Below are positions 53,885 through 63,129 of a stretch of 64,000 nucleotides of DNA, one piece after another. Below the pieces are notes generated by a model that was not told the origin of the DNA, made no database searches, and saw nothing but the letters and a program-made list of their open reading frames with translations. Both the position numbers and the translations under genes were made by a program. Origin of the DNA: an uncultured Bacillota bacterium (GTDB lineage: Bacteria > Bacillota_I > Bacilli_A > RF39 > UBA660). Position 1 is the stretch's first letter. The number at the start of each line of letters is the position of its first letter. The stretch covers positions 85,050 to 149,049 of the forward strand of contig CAJLEF010000002.1 of the NCBI GenBank assembly GCA_905205665.1, written 5' to 3'.

Positions 53885-54565
53885 CTACTTTCTAAGATTT
53901 AAAGAATTATTATCTAAACTGTAATCTAAATTGTTAAAATATTCATCTAAAAGATCTCTTAGCTCTGTTAAGCTATAACTATCTTTGACTTCGTTTTCTG
54001 GTAGCCAATCTTGCCAATCTAAAATACGCCCATAAGTAACATCTAAACTGGTATCATAAGTATAGTCTTTATTAAAATCAACATAGTTTTGAGAAACTGT
54101 GTTATTTTGATAATTAATGGTATCGGTTGCCATAAAGCTTTTATCGGTATCAGCTCCAATAAAATATAAGCTTTGGATAGTACTATAGGCTTTTTTAGGA
54201 GAATCTGCTTTTACTTTATGATCATATTTATCATAGTAGGTAGTCTTTTTAACTTTTGCAAAACTACCATTTACAAAGTAATAATCACGGCTTTCTTTAG
54301 GGTCTTCATTTGGAGTATCTGTAATTAACCATATTTTATCACTATCATATAACTCTATACCCCGCATTGTGTCAAACACTTTATCTTCAGCTTTAGATGA
54401 GTATTCTACAGCTTTTTTGCCTAAACTCTTGGCTTTATTTAACCATTCTATTTTCTTTTCTTCATAATTTTTATCACTAGCTTCAACAACTAATGGATTT
54501 GTTAACATAAGAGTACCTATTAAAGTATAAGCACCCATTCTTTTTATTAATTTATAATTTTTCAT
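53885..54565 (-). CDS. hypothetical secreted protein
   Basis: 226 aa with an N-terminal signal-like segment (AYTLIGTLMLTNPLVVEA|SD). No motif recognised. Confidence 0.5.
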   Translation of the reverse strand: MKNYKLIKRMGAYTLIGTLMLTNPLVVEASDKNYEEKKIEWLNKAKSLGKKAVEYSSKAEDKVFDTMRGIELYDSDKIWLITDTPNEDPKESRDYYFVNGSFAKVKKTTYYDKYDHKVKADSPKKAYSTIQSLYFIGADTDKSFMATDTINYQNNTVSQNYVDFNKDYTYDTSLDVTYGRILDWQDWLPENEVKDSYSLTELRDLLDEYFNNLDYSLDNNSLNLRK

Positions 54566-54635
54566 TAATATCCCCTCGTTTCACTGATAATATATTACGG
54601 CACTTTCCTTGAAAAAGCAAGTTACGTATCGTTTT

Positions 54636-56792
54636 TTAAAAATTAAAATCAATATCTAAATCTACTTTAGTATAGGTAAATAAATCTTTTAAAACGGGTA
54701 CTAATAAATCTGCCTTTTTATATTTGATACTTATCTCAAAATGATAAATTTTATTCATCATAAACACATTGGCAGCGGTTGGTCCTAAAATAATATAACC
54801 ACTATCTAAATTTTGTTCTAAATAATTTTTAGCTTTCTTAGCTTCTTCTGCTACTTTCTCGTAGTCTTTGCTCTTAAAAATTAAATTAGCTAAATAATAA
54901 AAAGGTGGGTATTTCAAGGTTTTACGAATATTCATCTCATACTTATAGAAAGAAAAATAATCATTTTTAGAAACACATTTCATAATATAATTATCAGGAT
55001 TAAAGGTTTGTAAAACGACTTCACCTTTTTTAGTATTTCTACCAGCTCTTCCACATGTCTGGGATAAAAGGGCGAAAGTTTTCTCGTTACTTCTATAATC
55101 TGGAATATTCAAAGTAGCATCCGCATTTAAAATGCCTACTAAAGTCACGTTAGGAAAATCAAGACCCTTACTTATCATTTGAGTGCCTAGTAAAATATCA
55201 TATTTTTGGTTTTGAAAATCTTCAATAATTTGTTCATGCGTACCTTTTTTAGCGGTGGTATCTCTATCCATCCTAATAATTTTGGCCATAGGAAATTTTT
55301 TTTCTAAATACTCTTCTAATTTTTCCGTTCCCATACCATAATCGTTTAAGCCTTCTTCATGGCAGTTAGGACAAAGAGAACTATAATACTTTGTATAGCC
55401 ACAGTAGTGACAACGAAGTTGATTAATTTTTTTGTGATAGGTCAATGTAATCTGGCAATTAGGGCAGCGATAAGTAAAACCACAATTAGAACAAGTTAAA
55501 GTGGTACTATACCCCCGACGATTAAGTAAAATCATAACTTGTTCTTTCTTTTCTATTTTTTCAGTTATTTTATTTTCTAATAACCGACTAATAATCGGAT
55601 GACTTTTTTTGTTTTCTTCCGCCATATCGACTAAATAAACCTCTGGTAAAACGCTATCTTTAGCTCTTTTACTTAAATAAGTATATTCAAAAACTTTTTT
55701 ATGAGCTCTTGCCATCGTACTTAAAGAAGGTGTTGCACTTCCAAGAACAACTGGAGCATGATGAATTTCACTTCTTTTTAAAATGACGTCTAACGCATGA
55801 TAACGAGGATTATTTTCTTGTTTATAAGATTCTGAATGTTCTTCGTCTAAAATAAAAATACCAATATTTTTTAAAGGCGCAAAAGAAGCACTTCTCGCTC
55901 CAATAACAATGGAAACTTCTTCTTTTAATATCTTTCGCCATTCATCATATTTCTCAGCATCAGAAAGTCCCGAATGTAAAACCGCAATATTTGTTTGAAA
56001 TACTCCTGTAAACCTTTCAATAAGTTGCGGTGTCAAACTGATTTCTGGAACTAAAACTAAAGCTGTTTTACCTTCTTTTAAGACATCTTTAATAAGATTG
56101 ATATAAACCTCTGTTTTACCAGAACCAGTAACACCATGAAGAAGATAGGTTTTATTGGTATGAAATGCTTGTTTTATTTTCTCATATACCCTTTGTTGTT
56201 CTTCGTTAAGTGTTTTTTCGGTAGCTTTAGAATTTTTTATTTCATAACGATATTTTTCTTTATAAGTTTCTTGTAAAACATCTTTTTTAAGTAAAGTATT
56301 CATAGCCGAAGAACTAATAAAACTAATTTCTTTTTTTAGGATTTCTTCTTGTTCTTTAAAAGCTAAAATAATTTCTTTTTGTTTTTCATTTTGAGCTATC
56401 TTTAATGCCTCTTCATAAGGCATTTTAAGAGATAAATAACTCTGTTTTTTAATATTAATATTTGTCCCTTTTTTAGCTTTTAAAGCTTTAGGTAACATCG
56501 CATCATAACAGCTAGTAAGACTTGATAATGTTTTTTCGTGAAGAAATTTGCCTAAGATAAGCATTTCTTCTGTTAAAACCGGTTCTTCATCTAAAACTTC
56601 TAAAATCTCTTTGGGATTAAGAGGAGCTTCATCTGTTAAAGACACAATATAACCTTCCAAAGTTAAATGATTAAAAGGAATCAGTACTCTTTTACCAATC
56701 GCTATTTTATTTTCTAAAGAAAAAGGCACTTTATAAGTAAAAGTTTTATCTAATTTTTTATTTTTTATTTCTGTTAAAACGTTTATATACAT
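54636..56792 (-). CDS. priA: primosomal replication restart helicase PriA
   Basis: 718 aa with Walker A GVTGSGKT, DEEH and a Cys-rich zinc insertion (CSNCG..CPNC..CHYCG..CPNC). Confidence 0.9.
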   Translation of the reverse strand: MYINVLTEIKNKKLDKTFTYKVPFSLENKIAIGKRVLIPFNHLTLEGYIVSLTDEAPLNPKEILEVLDEEPVLTEEMLILGKFLHEKTLSSLTSCYDAMLPKALKAKKGTNINIKKQSYLSLKMPYEEALKIAQNEKQKEIILAFKEQEEILKKEISFISSSAMNTLLKKDVLQETYKEKYRYEIKNSKATEKTLNEEQQRVYEKIKQAFHTNKTYLLHGVTGSGKTEVYINLIKDVLKEGKTALVLVPEISLTPQLIERFTGVFQTNIAVLHSGLSDAEKYDEWRKILKEEVSIVIGARSASFAPLKNIGIFILDEEHSESYKQENNPRYHALDVILKRSEIHHAPVVLGSATPSLSTMARAHKKVFEYTYLSKRAKDSVLPEVYLVDMAEENKKSHPIISRLLENKITEKIEKKEQVMILLNRRGYSTTLTCSNCGFTYRCPNCQITLTYHKKINQLRCHYCGYTKYYSSLCPNCHEEGLNDYGMGTEKLEEYLEKKFPMAKIIRMDRDTTAKKGTHEQIIEDFQNQKYDILLGTQMISKGLDFPNVTLVGILNADATLNIPDYRSNEKTFALLSQTCGRAGRNTKKGEVVLQTFNPDNYIMKCVSKNDYFSFYKYEMNIRKTLKYPPFYYLANLIFKSKDYEKVAEEAKKAKNYLEQNLDSGYIILGPTAANVFMMNKIYHFEISIKYKKADLLVPVLKDLFTYTKVDLDIDFNF

Positions 56793-56850
56793 AATCCATC
56801 ACAAAGATATTTTAACATGGAATAATCTTTAAACAAAATAGTAATGTTTT

Positions 56851-56898
56851 AAAAAAACAAAAAAAGCCAGTCATCAAACTTATGAGTTTGAACTAGCT
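56851..56898 (-). terminator. rho-independent terminator after the HAD gene
   Basis: Minus strand: AGCTAGTTCAAACT-CATA-AGTTTGATGACTGGCT followed by TTTTTGTTTTTTT. Confidence 0.5.
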
Positions 56899-56926
56899 TT
56901 TTATTTCAAGATGATAAAGATAGTCA

Positions 56927-57493
56927 TTATTTTATTTTTTTACACTTACCTTTTTTGACAAGATACACATTTTCTGAGATTTCCATGAAAGGTTTGTCAT
57001 TATAAGAATCGGTATAAAAAGACTTTACTTTTGCTTTAGGAAAAACTTCTTTAAAAGTTTCAACTTTATTTTTTTGAAAATTAAGCATGGTAATCTTACC
57101 AGTTTCAATGTCTATTTTCGTATCCAAAATGTGATCTGTATTTAAAACATCTTTTATTTCTTCAATTAAAAAGGATGGACAAGCTGTGGAAATAACATCA
57201 TTAGGCGTAATTTTTTTTAACATATGAGGATAAAGTTTTTCGATATTTAAAAGCCAAAATTCTTTGATACATTTCAAAGTAAACTCCTTATTTTCCATAA
57301 AAACACCCATAAATTTTTCTAGACGTTTAACAAAATCCTCAGGTGATAAAAGACACAACTTATATAAAACTAAAAGATATAAAAAGTTAGGTAAATATTT
57401 TATGAGACTTTTTTTCTTTTTCACCATAAAAAGGGCAAAATCAAAAGAACTTTCGCCATTATAAATGGTATTATCAAAATCAAAAACTTTCAC
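56927..57493 (-). CDS. HAD-superfamily hydrolase (subfamily IB-like)
   Basis: 188 aa with an N-terminal FDFDNTI (DxDxT) and a distal TDSYNDKP motif. Confidence 0.6.
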   Translation of the reverse strand: MKVFDFDNTIYNGESSFDFALFMVKKKKSLIKYLPNFLYLLVLYKLCLLSPEDFVKRLEKFMGVFMENKEFTLKCIKEFWLLNIEKLYPHMLKKITPNDVISTACPSFLIEEIKDVLNTDHILDTKIDIETGKITMLNFQKNKVETFKEVFPKAKVKSFYTDSYNDKPFMEISENVYLVKKGKCKKIK

Positions 57494-57942
57494 TAACGAC
57501 TTTTCCCTTTCCTTTCCATTAATTCTTCTTCATAAATTCTTGCTTGGACTTCTTGTTGTAAAACTATTTTTTGTCTAATTTCATCTTCCAAAAGAGTAAT
57601 TTTTTTTAAGTAATTACGATAAGCTTTATTACCAAGCTCATGAAGATACTTATCTTTTAATATTTGTTTTGTTTTAGATAGTTCATTCATGGCTAGTTCA
57701 AATTCGCCATCGGTGGCATTTTCATCTAAATACATAACCATTTGAAAAAGGCGTTTAAAAACATGATTAAATTGAGCATTCAAAACATTTTTCTTAAGTT
57801 CTGGTTCGTAAATATATATTTCTTTCACATCAATAAAATTAGGTCGAGGACGAAGATTAAAAGAAAACTTCATTCCTCCCCATTTAAATTTACGATTTGT
57901 TCTTCTTTTTTTTCTTGTTTTATTTAACTCATATGAAACCAT
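57493..57942 (-). CDS. hypothetical basic coiled-coil protein
   Basis: 149-aa ORF with an Arg/Lys-rich N-terminus. No motif recognised. Confidence 0.45.
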   Translation of the reverse strand: MVSYELNKTRKKRRTNRKFKWGGMKFSFNLRPRPNFIDVKEIYIYEPELKKNVLNAQFNHVFKRLFQMVMYLDENATDGEFELAMNELSKTKQILKDKYLHELGNKAYRNYLKKITLLEDEIRQKIVLQQEVQARIYEEELMERKGKSR

Positions 57943-57953
57943 TTTAACCCCTC

Positions 57954-58616
57954 CTAATCAAGTAAGTCACTACGTCTTTTTTTGGTGTTTTCTAAAGCCA
58001 TCTCTTCTCGCCAGGCGTCAATTTTTTTATGATCACCGGATAAAAGAATATCAGGGACTTTCATTCCTTTGTATTCATATGGCTTTGTGTATGTAGGATA
58101 ATCTAGCAAGTTTTGGGTAAAAGAATCTTTTTCATGAGATGATTCTTTAATCACACCTTTTAAAAGCCTTGTTACCGCATCGGTTACTACCATGCTAGCT
58201 AACTCTCCACCCGTTAAGACATAATCGCCAATAGATATTTCCTCATCGACAAAAGAACGAATTCGTTCGTCAAAGCCTTCATAATGACCACACACTAAAA
58301 TTAAATGTTTTTCTTTAGATAAAGAAATGGCTTTTTGTTCTTTAAAAGGCACCCCTTGAGGGCACATCAAAATGACTTTGCTATCTGGTGTCTTATAATG
58401 CAAAATAGCTTCAATTAAAGGTTCACAACGTAAGACCATTCCTCCGCCTCCCCCATAAGGCGTATCATCTACTTGGTTATGAGGTAGTGTAGAAAACTCA
58501 CGAAAATCAATCACATTAATTTTAACAAGCCCTTTTTCTCGTGCTCTTTTTATAATAGATTCTTCTAAAAAGCCTTCAAACATCTTTGGAAAAAGAGTGA
58601 GAATATCTATTTTCAT
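57954..58616 (-). CDS. trmD: tRNA (guanine37-N1)-methyltransferase
   Basis: 220 aa. MKIDILTLFPKMFEGFL N-terminus and the SIGDYVLTGGE motif. Confidence 0.95.
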   Translation of the reverse strand: MKIDILTLFPKMFEGFLEESIIKRAREKGLVKINVIDFREFSTLPHNQVDDTPYGGGGGMVLRCEPLIEAILHYKTPDSKVILMCPQGVPFKEQKAISLSKEKHLILVCGHYEGFDERIRSFVDEEISIGDYVLTGGELASMVVTDAVTRLLKGVIKESSHEKDSFTQNLLDYPTYTKPYEYKGMKVPDILLSGDHKKIDAWREEMALENTKKRRSDLLD

Positions 58617-59092
58617 ATTATCAAGTCCTCCCCATTTTGGGTATAAATCGTTTTATCTTCTAGAGAAATTTCTTTAATAAATTCTTTTTGATAAGGAATA
58701 TAAAAAGTTTTAACCCCTTTTACCCTTAGCAAAATACCAACCTTATTATACATAATCTCTTCTACCTTGCCAAGTACTTTCCCATTTTCTAAGATAGAAA
58801 AACCTACCATTTCTTCTGGGATAATATCTTTACTTGATAAGGCACTTTCTTCTTTTTGAAAGTAAACTTTCTTATTGCGAAAATCTTCTACTAAGTTAAT
58901 ATCTTTAAGATTATCTAATTCTATTAAATAAAAGTGTTTAAAAAGACGGACTCCACTTATTTCGTGTTTTTCACCATTTATGTAAACTATTTGACCTTTT
59001 TTTAAAATTTGGTCTTTTAAAGAAAAATCACTGTAAAATTTTAACTCCCCTTTTACCCCATGAGTCATGGTCGTATATCCTAGATAAATCAT
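58613..59092 (-). CDS. rimM: 16S rRNA processing protein RimM
   Basis: 159 aa from MIYLGYTTMTHGVKGELK behind GGAGGT. A PRC barrel is at the C-terminus. It lies upstream of trmD. Confidence 0.85.
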   Translation of the reverse strand: MIYLGYTTMTHGVKGELKFYSDFSLKDQILKKGQIVYINGEKHEISGVRLFKHFYLIELDNLKDINLVEDFRNKKVYFQKEESALSSKDIIPEEMVGFSILENGKVLGKVEEIMYNKVGILLRVKGVKTFYIPYQKEFIKEISLEDKTIYTQNGEDLII

Positions 59093-59096
59093 TTTT

Positions 59097-59813
59097 TTAC
59101 CTCCTAAATTCATACATAATAATAGAAGCACATACCCCAGCATTTAATGATTCACAATTTTCATTCATTTTAATATGTAGGTAATCTGTAGCTTCTTTGG
59201 CAATACTTTCCTTTACACCACGTCCTTCGTTACCGATAATAAAAGCACTTTTTAAAGGAAAGATCATTTCTTTTAATTCTTTTCCTTTCGTAACATCCGT
59301 TGTATAAATACGATAACCACATTTCTTTAAATAAGGAATAAATTCTTGTAAATCTTTTCTAATAATATTTTTAGTAAAATGCATACCTTCCGTACTTCTT
59401 ATTACTTTCTCGTTATATAAATCCACCGTGTCTAGGCTAAGACAAATGGTATCAAAGGAAAAAGCCGAAGCACTTCTTATAATCGTACCTAAGTTACCTG
59501 GGTCTTGTAACCCATCTAAGATAATTAAAGGTCCATTTACTTCGTATTCTTTATTTTTATAAACGACCGCGAAAATTTCATCTGGTGTTACTTGCGAAGA
59601 TAATTTTTTTAAAATCTCTTTTGTCACGACGTAATGAGGACTAAAAGCGCTTTCTTTAGAAGATATAATTTCTCTAACAAGATTATTTTTTAATGCTTCC
59701 TCGACTAAATGGGCTCCTTCAACAAGATAAACTCCCTCAGCATCACGAAATTTTTTGTCTTTTAATTTTAACCAATATTTTACTTTTTCATTTTGTAAAG
59801 ATGTAATATTCAT
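59097..59813 (-). CDS. TrmH/SpoU-family RNA 2'-O-methyltransferase
   Basis: 238 aa with the SpoU motifs DGLQDPGNLGTIIRSA, IIGNEGRGV and ESLNAGV. Confidence 0.8.
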   Translation of the reverse strand: MNITSLQNEKVKYWLKLKDKKFRDAEGVYLVEGAHLVEEALKNNLVREIISSKESAFSPHYVVTKEILKKLSSQVTPDEIFAVVYKNKEYEVNGPLIILDGLQDPGNLGTIIRSASAFSFDTICLSLDTVDLYNEKVIRSTEGMHFTKNIIRKDLQEFIPYLKKCGYRIYTTDVTKGKELKEMIFPLKSAFIIGNEGRGVKESIAKEATDYLHIKMNENCESLNAGVCASIIMYEFRR

Positions 59814-60451
59814 TCTTTTAGCCTCCTTCTTGCCTCTTTATAATGAGGATAATATTCTTCCACATGCCGCCAGAAATTAGCACTATGATTGGCTTCATAA
59901 AAATGACAAAGCTCATGGATAATGACATAATCTAGTAAATCTAAATCTTTTTTTAATAGTTCACTATTTAAAGTAATTGTTTTTTGGGTTAAGTTATTCA
60001 CACCCCATCTGGTTTTCATTTTTCTAATCTTTAAAGTAAAAAAAGGAATGTTTTTAAAGAAAGGTAAAATACGTTCTACTTCACTTTTAAAAACTCTTTC
60101 GGTTTCAACATTATAAAACTTTTGCAAAGCTTGTTCGCTTTTTACATGAATTTTTTCAGCTTCAAAATAAGGATGAGAAACACTTTCATAAATAATTTGA
60201 TAAGGCTTGCCTAAATACCAAAAATCTTTATCTTTCAAAGCTTCTTTTTCTTTTTGCTTCAACATACTTATGATTTTAGGTTCATTTTCTTTAATAACTT
60301 TCATGATTTTTTTAGTTGTCATAAAAGGATTACAAGTAACCTCTAAAGTTTTTTCATCACGAGCTCTGATATATAAATTTTTATTATTTTTATAATGAAT
60401 CACAAGTTCAATTTCCTTATTATCTATTACTATTTTCATGTTATGTTTCAC
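59810..60451 (-). CDS. YgjP-like (DUF45/M48-related) metal-dependent hydrolase
   Basis: 213 aa with HELCHFYEANHS (HExxH...H). Confidence 0.7.
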   Translation of the reverse strand: MKHNMKIVIDNKEIELVIHYKNNKNLYIRARDEKTLEVTCNPFMTTKKIMKVIKENEPKIISMLKQKEKEALKDKDFWYLGKPYQIIYESVSHPYFEAEKIHVKSEQALQKFYNVETERVFKSEVERILPFFKNIPFFTLKIRKMKTRWGVNNLTQKTITLNSELLKKDLDLLDYVIIHELCHFYEANHSANFWRHVEEYYPHYKEARRRLKE

Positions 60452-62178
60452 TCCGTAATTTCACTATTAAGTAAAAAATCATATTGCAGTTTTTTACCAA
60501 GTTGATACATCTTTTTTAAAGTTTCTAATTCTGTTTTTTTTAATATTTTTTTATCATTTAAAAAAGATGACATTTTTTCAAAAATTTCTTCATTTTCATT
60601 CCAAAAATGACTATATAAGTAAATATAAGGATAAGATGATTTATCTATATTTTCTAAATCACTCTCCAAGTTATTTCTTATCTTTTGAATTTCTTTCATG
60701 ACTCTTTTACCTTCCACACTTTTATGACGAATGGTAAAAGCATAAAAAACAAAACAAATTGTTAATAAAAAAGATATCCAAGGTAAAACAAGAGTTACTT
60801 TAAAATAAATACTTGCAAACAAAACAAATAAAATAATAAGTAAGGCAAAAATACTTGTAATAATTTCTAGGCCATTCTTTTCGTAAAAGCCACATTTTTC
60901 GGTTTCTTTGATAACGCATAAACGCCACGAATTATAAAATTTCTTAAAACGATAGGCTGTCTCATTATTGGTCAAATATTTGTGCCATTCTTTTAACGAA
61001 AGTTTATTATCTTTTCCTACTTTTTCAAAAAGAAAATCAAGAATCATTTCTTCGGTATAATTTAAATTTTCTTTATTTTTCAAAGTTAAAGTATCTCTAC
61101 TATAAGTGATTTTTTCTTTTTGGAAAAGTTCTAATACAGAAAGGCAAAAAACACTTTTATGATTGCCATCAAAATAAAAATCACTTAAAATTGCGATGGG
61201 ATAAGAAAGTCCTTCTTTTTTTTCACTCTTCGCATTTTTACGGCGAAATCTAAGTAAAAATAAGCCCCAAAAACTGAATAATACCACAAGGAAAACTTTG
61301 CAAAAATTCATAATAACATTGGTAATTAATTTGGTTTGTTCTTCTTTTTGTTTATCTATTTGTAATTGTTCATCTTCTAATAAAATAATATCTTGATAGG
61401 CATTTAAACCACTTTGTTTGTCACTGGATACTGCTAAAACAACATCTTCATCAAAAAGGAAACGAACAGATACTTCTGTATTTCTCTTAAGTTTATTAAA
61501 GTTAGTTTGAATGGTTTTCGTATCTAAGATAATTGTTTTACTTGTAATATCTCCATGTAAAAAGCTTTTAAAAGTCTCGGTATTTAAGCGGTTAGGAAAA
61601 TGAAATCGAAGTGAAAAGCTAGGAATATCTTTATCAAAATTATTTCTTAAAAAGGACCAATAAAATTCTTCACAATCTAAGTGTTTTACTACCACATCGT
61701 AAATATCATACTCGATTAAAAAAGCAACATCCCCTTCTTCTTTTGTATAATAAAGAGTTAAATCTTTGCCATCTTGAATACTCGATTCCACATAATCTTT
61801 TTCTTTCGCATCTTCTTTATAATAAGCTTTTGTAAATTTAGTAAAATCTTTATTAAAAGTATCAAAAGTAATTTCATCATCAAGTGACAAATAACCTAAA
61901 GAAATATTTTCAAGACCCGTGCCATTATAAATGGCATCTTTTGTTAAAAGAGGAGGTTCATGTGTTTCTAAAGAAGCATTTTTATAAGTTAGCCGTCTAG
62001 AAAAACTAGAAAAGCTACCCGTTACTTCAATTAATTCTTTAACATGCATGCTGCCATCTTCTCTTAAAGTGACATCTACTAAAAAATTAGAAACGTCCAA
62101 TCTTTCTAAGGCATAAACATTTAATGGTAGTATAAGTAACAAAATAATGAAACTAAACTTCCTTATTTTTCTTTGCAT
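60448..62178 (-). CDS. DUF2207-like membrane protein
   Basis: 576 aa. A signal peptide is followed by an extracellular beta-rich domain (DVTLREDGSMHVKELIEV, typical of the DUF2207 N-terminus), then TM helices and a cytoplasmic tail. Confidence 0.55.
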   Translation of the reverse strand: MQRKIRKFSFIILLLILPLNVYALERLDVSNFLVDVTLREDGSMHVKELIEVTGSFSSFSRRLTYKNASLETHEPPLLTKDAIYNGTGLENISLGYLSLDDEITFDTFNKDFTKFTKAYYKEDAKEKDYVESSIQDGKDLTLYYTKEEGDVAFLIEYDIYDVVVKHLDCEEFYWSFLRNNFDKDIPSFSLRFHFPNRLNTETFKSFLHGDITSKTIILDTKTIQTNFNKLKRNTEVSVRFLFDEDVVLAVSSDKQSGLNAYQDIILLEDEQLQIDKQKEEQTKLITNVIMNFCKVFLVVLFSFWGLFLLRFRRKNAKSEKKEGLSYPIAILSDFYFDGNHKSVFCLSVLELFQKEKITYSRDTLTLKNKENLNYTEEMILDFLFEKVGKDNKLSLKEWHKYLTNNETAYRFKKFYNSWRLCVIKETEKCGFYEKNGLEIITSIFALLIILFVLFASIYFKVTLVLPWISFLLTICFVFYAFTIRHKSVEGKRVMKEIQKIRNNLESDLENIDKSSYPYIYLYSHFWNENEEIFEKMSSFLNDKKILKKTELETLKKMYQLGKKLQYDFLLNSEITE

Positions 62179-62198
62179 TTTTTCACCTTCTTTAAAAA

Positions 62199-63095
62199 TT
62201 AACCTTTTTTGACTTCGATAACTGGCAAGATGTATGCAGGTGTCGTGACAGACACACTTTGATAAGCATTCGATACATTACAAACCGAAGAATTTTTGCC
62301 ATCAATAATATTAAGTAAATGAAAAGGTCTTGGAAGTTTACTAACAAAAGAGCCTATTTCATCTTGTTTTAAAAAACGCACATAAATTTCTTGAGTAATT
62401 CTTTCATTACTACTATTGGTATAAGTCTTAGGATAACGAATACTACCGTTATTCGTAGTAAAGGTCTGAGCTACTAATTTTTCTTTTTTTAAAACGGTTT
62501 GTAAACCCGTATGATTTGAAAACCAATCTAACAAAGCTTTAGAAGTAATCGTTTGACCATAGTTTTGATTATTTATTTCTGCTGTAGTTGGTAAAAAAGA
62601 AGGCATACGATAAATATTATTGTTATAAAAATAGCAATATTCTTGCCCAAATGTACTATTTGAATTTACACTTCGACACGTTCTTACTAAGCACTTACTT
62701 TGCATTTTTCCATCTTGAGTGGCATCACAAGTTCCATAATATTCATTTTTGGTAGTTCCCATTCTTCCGACCGTATTTACCATTTCTTGAACAGTAAGAC
62801 CACGCGTCATAATCAAAGTGACAGTAGAACCATTATCTTTTACTACTAGCCAATCTTCTCTAGCAAAACTTACACTTTCCCCCACCGTATATGTTTTATT
62901 TTGCAGGCTTGAAACCAAATAAGCACTCTTTGCTTCTAAATTATCGTAAATATCTTTTTTTATTGCATTAACTAAAATTCTATTTTCGGAAGCCGTGGCT
63001 AAAATAGCGGCCATCAAAAGAGCAAATACTAAAAAAAAGGAATAAATTAAAGAAGTCGCAATAAAACCACCATTATTTTTCTTTTTTGGTAACAT
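62199..63095 (-). CDS. exported protein with a pilin-like N-terminus; possible distant relative of the P family
   Basis: 298 aa. It begins MLPKKKNNGG|FIATSLIYSFFLVFALLMAAIL (a basic leader, GG and a long hydrophobic helix, but no Glu at +5). It shows weak family-like motifs EDWLVVKDNGSTVTLIM and a terminal YILPVIEV. Confidence 0.5.
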   Translation of the reverse strand: MLPKKKNNGGFIATSLIYSFFLVFALLMAAILATASENRILVNAIKKDIYDNLEAKSAYLVSSLQNKTYTVGESVSFAREDWLVVKDNGSTVTLIMTRGLTVQEMVNTVGRMGTTKNEYYGTCDATQDGKMQSKCLVRTCRSVNSNSTFGQEYCYFYNNNIYRMPSFLPTTAEINNQNYGQTITSKALLDWFSNHTGLQTVLKKEKLVAQTFTTNNGSIRYPKTYTNSSNERITQEIYVRFLKQDEIGSFVSKLPRPFHLLNIIDGKNSSVCNVSNAYQSVSVTTPAYILPVIEVKKG

Positions 63096-63129
63096 GAATG
63101 TACCCCTTTCTTTTCTTTCTTCTATCTTA

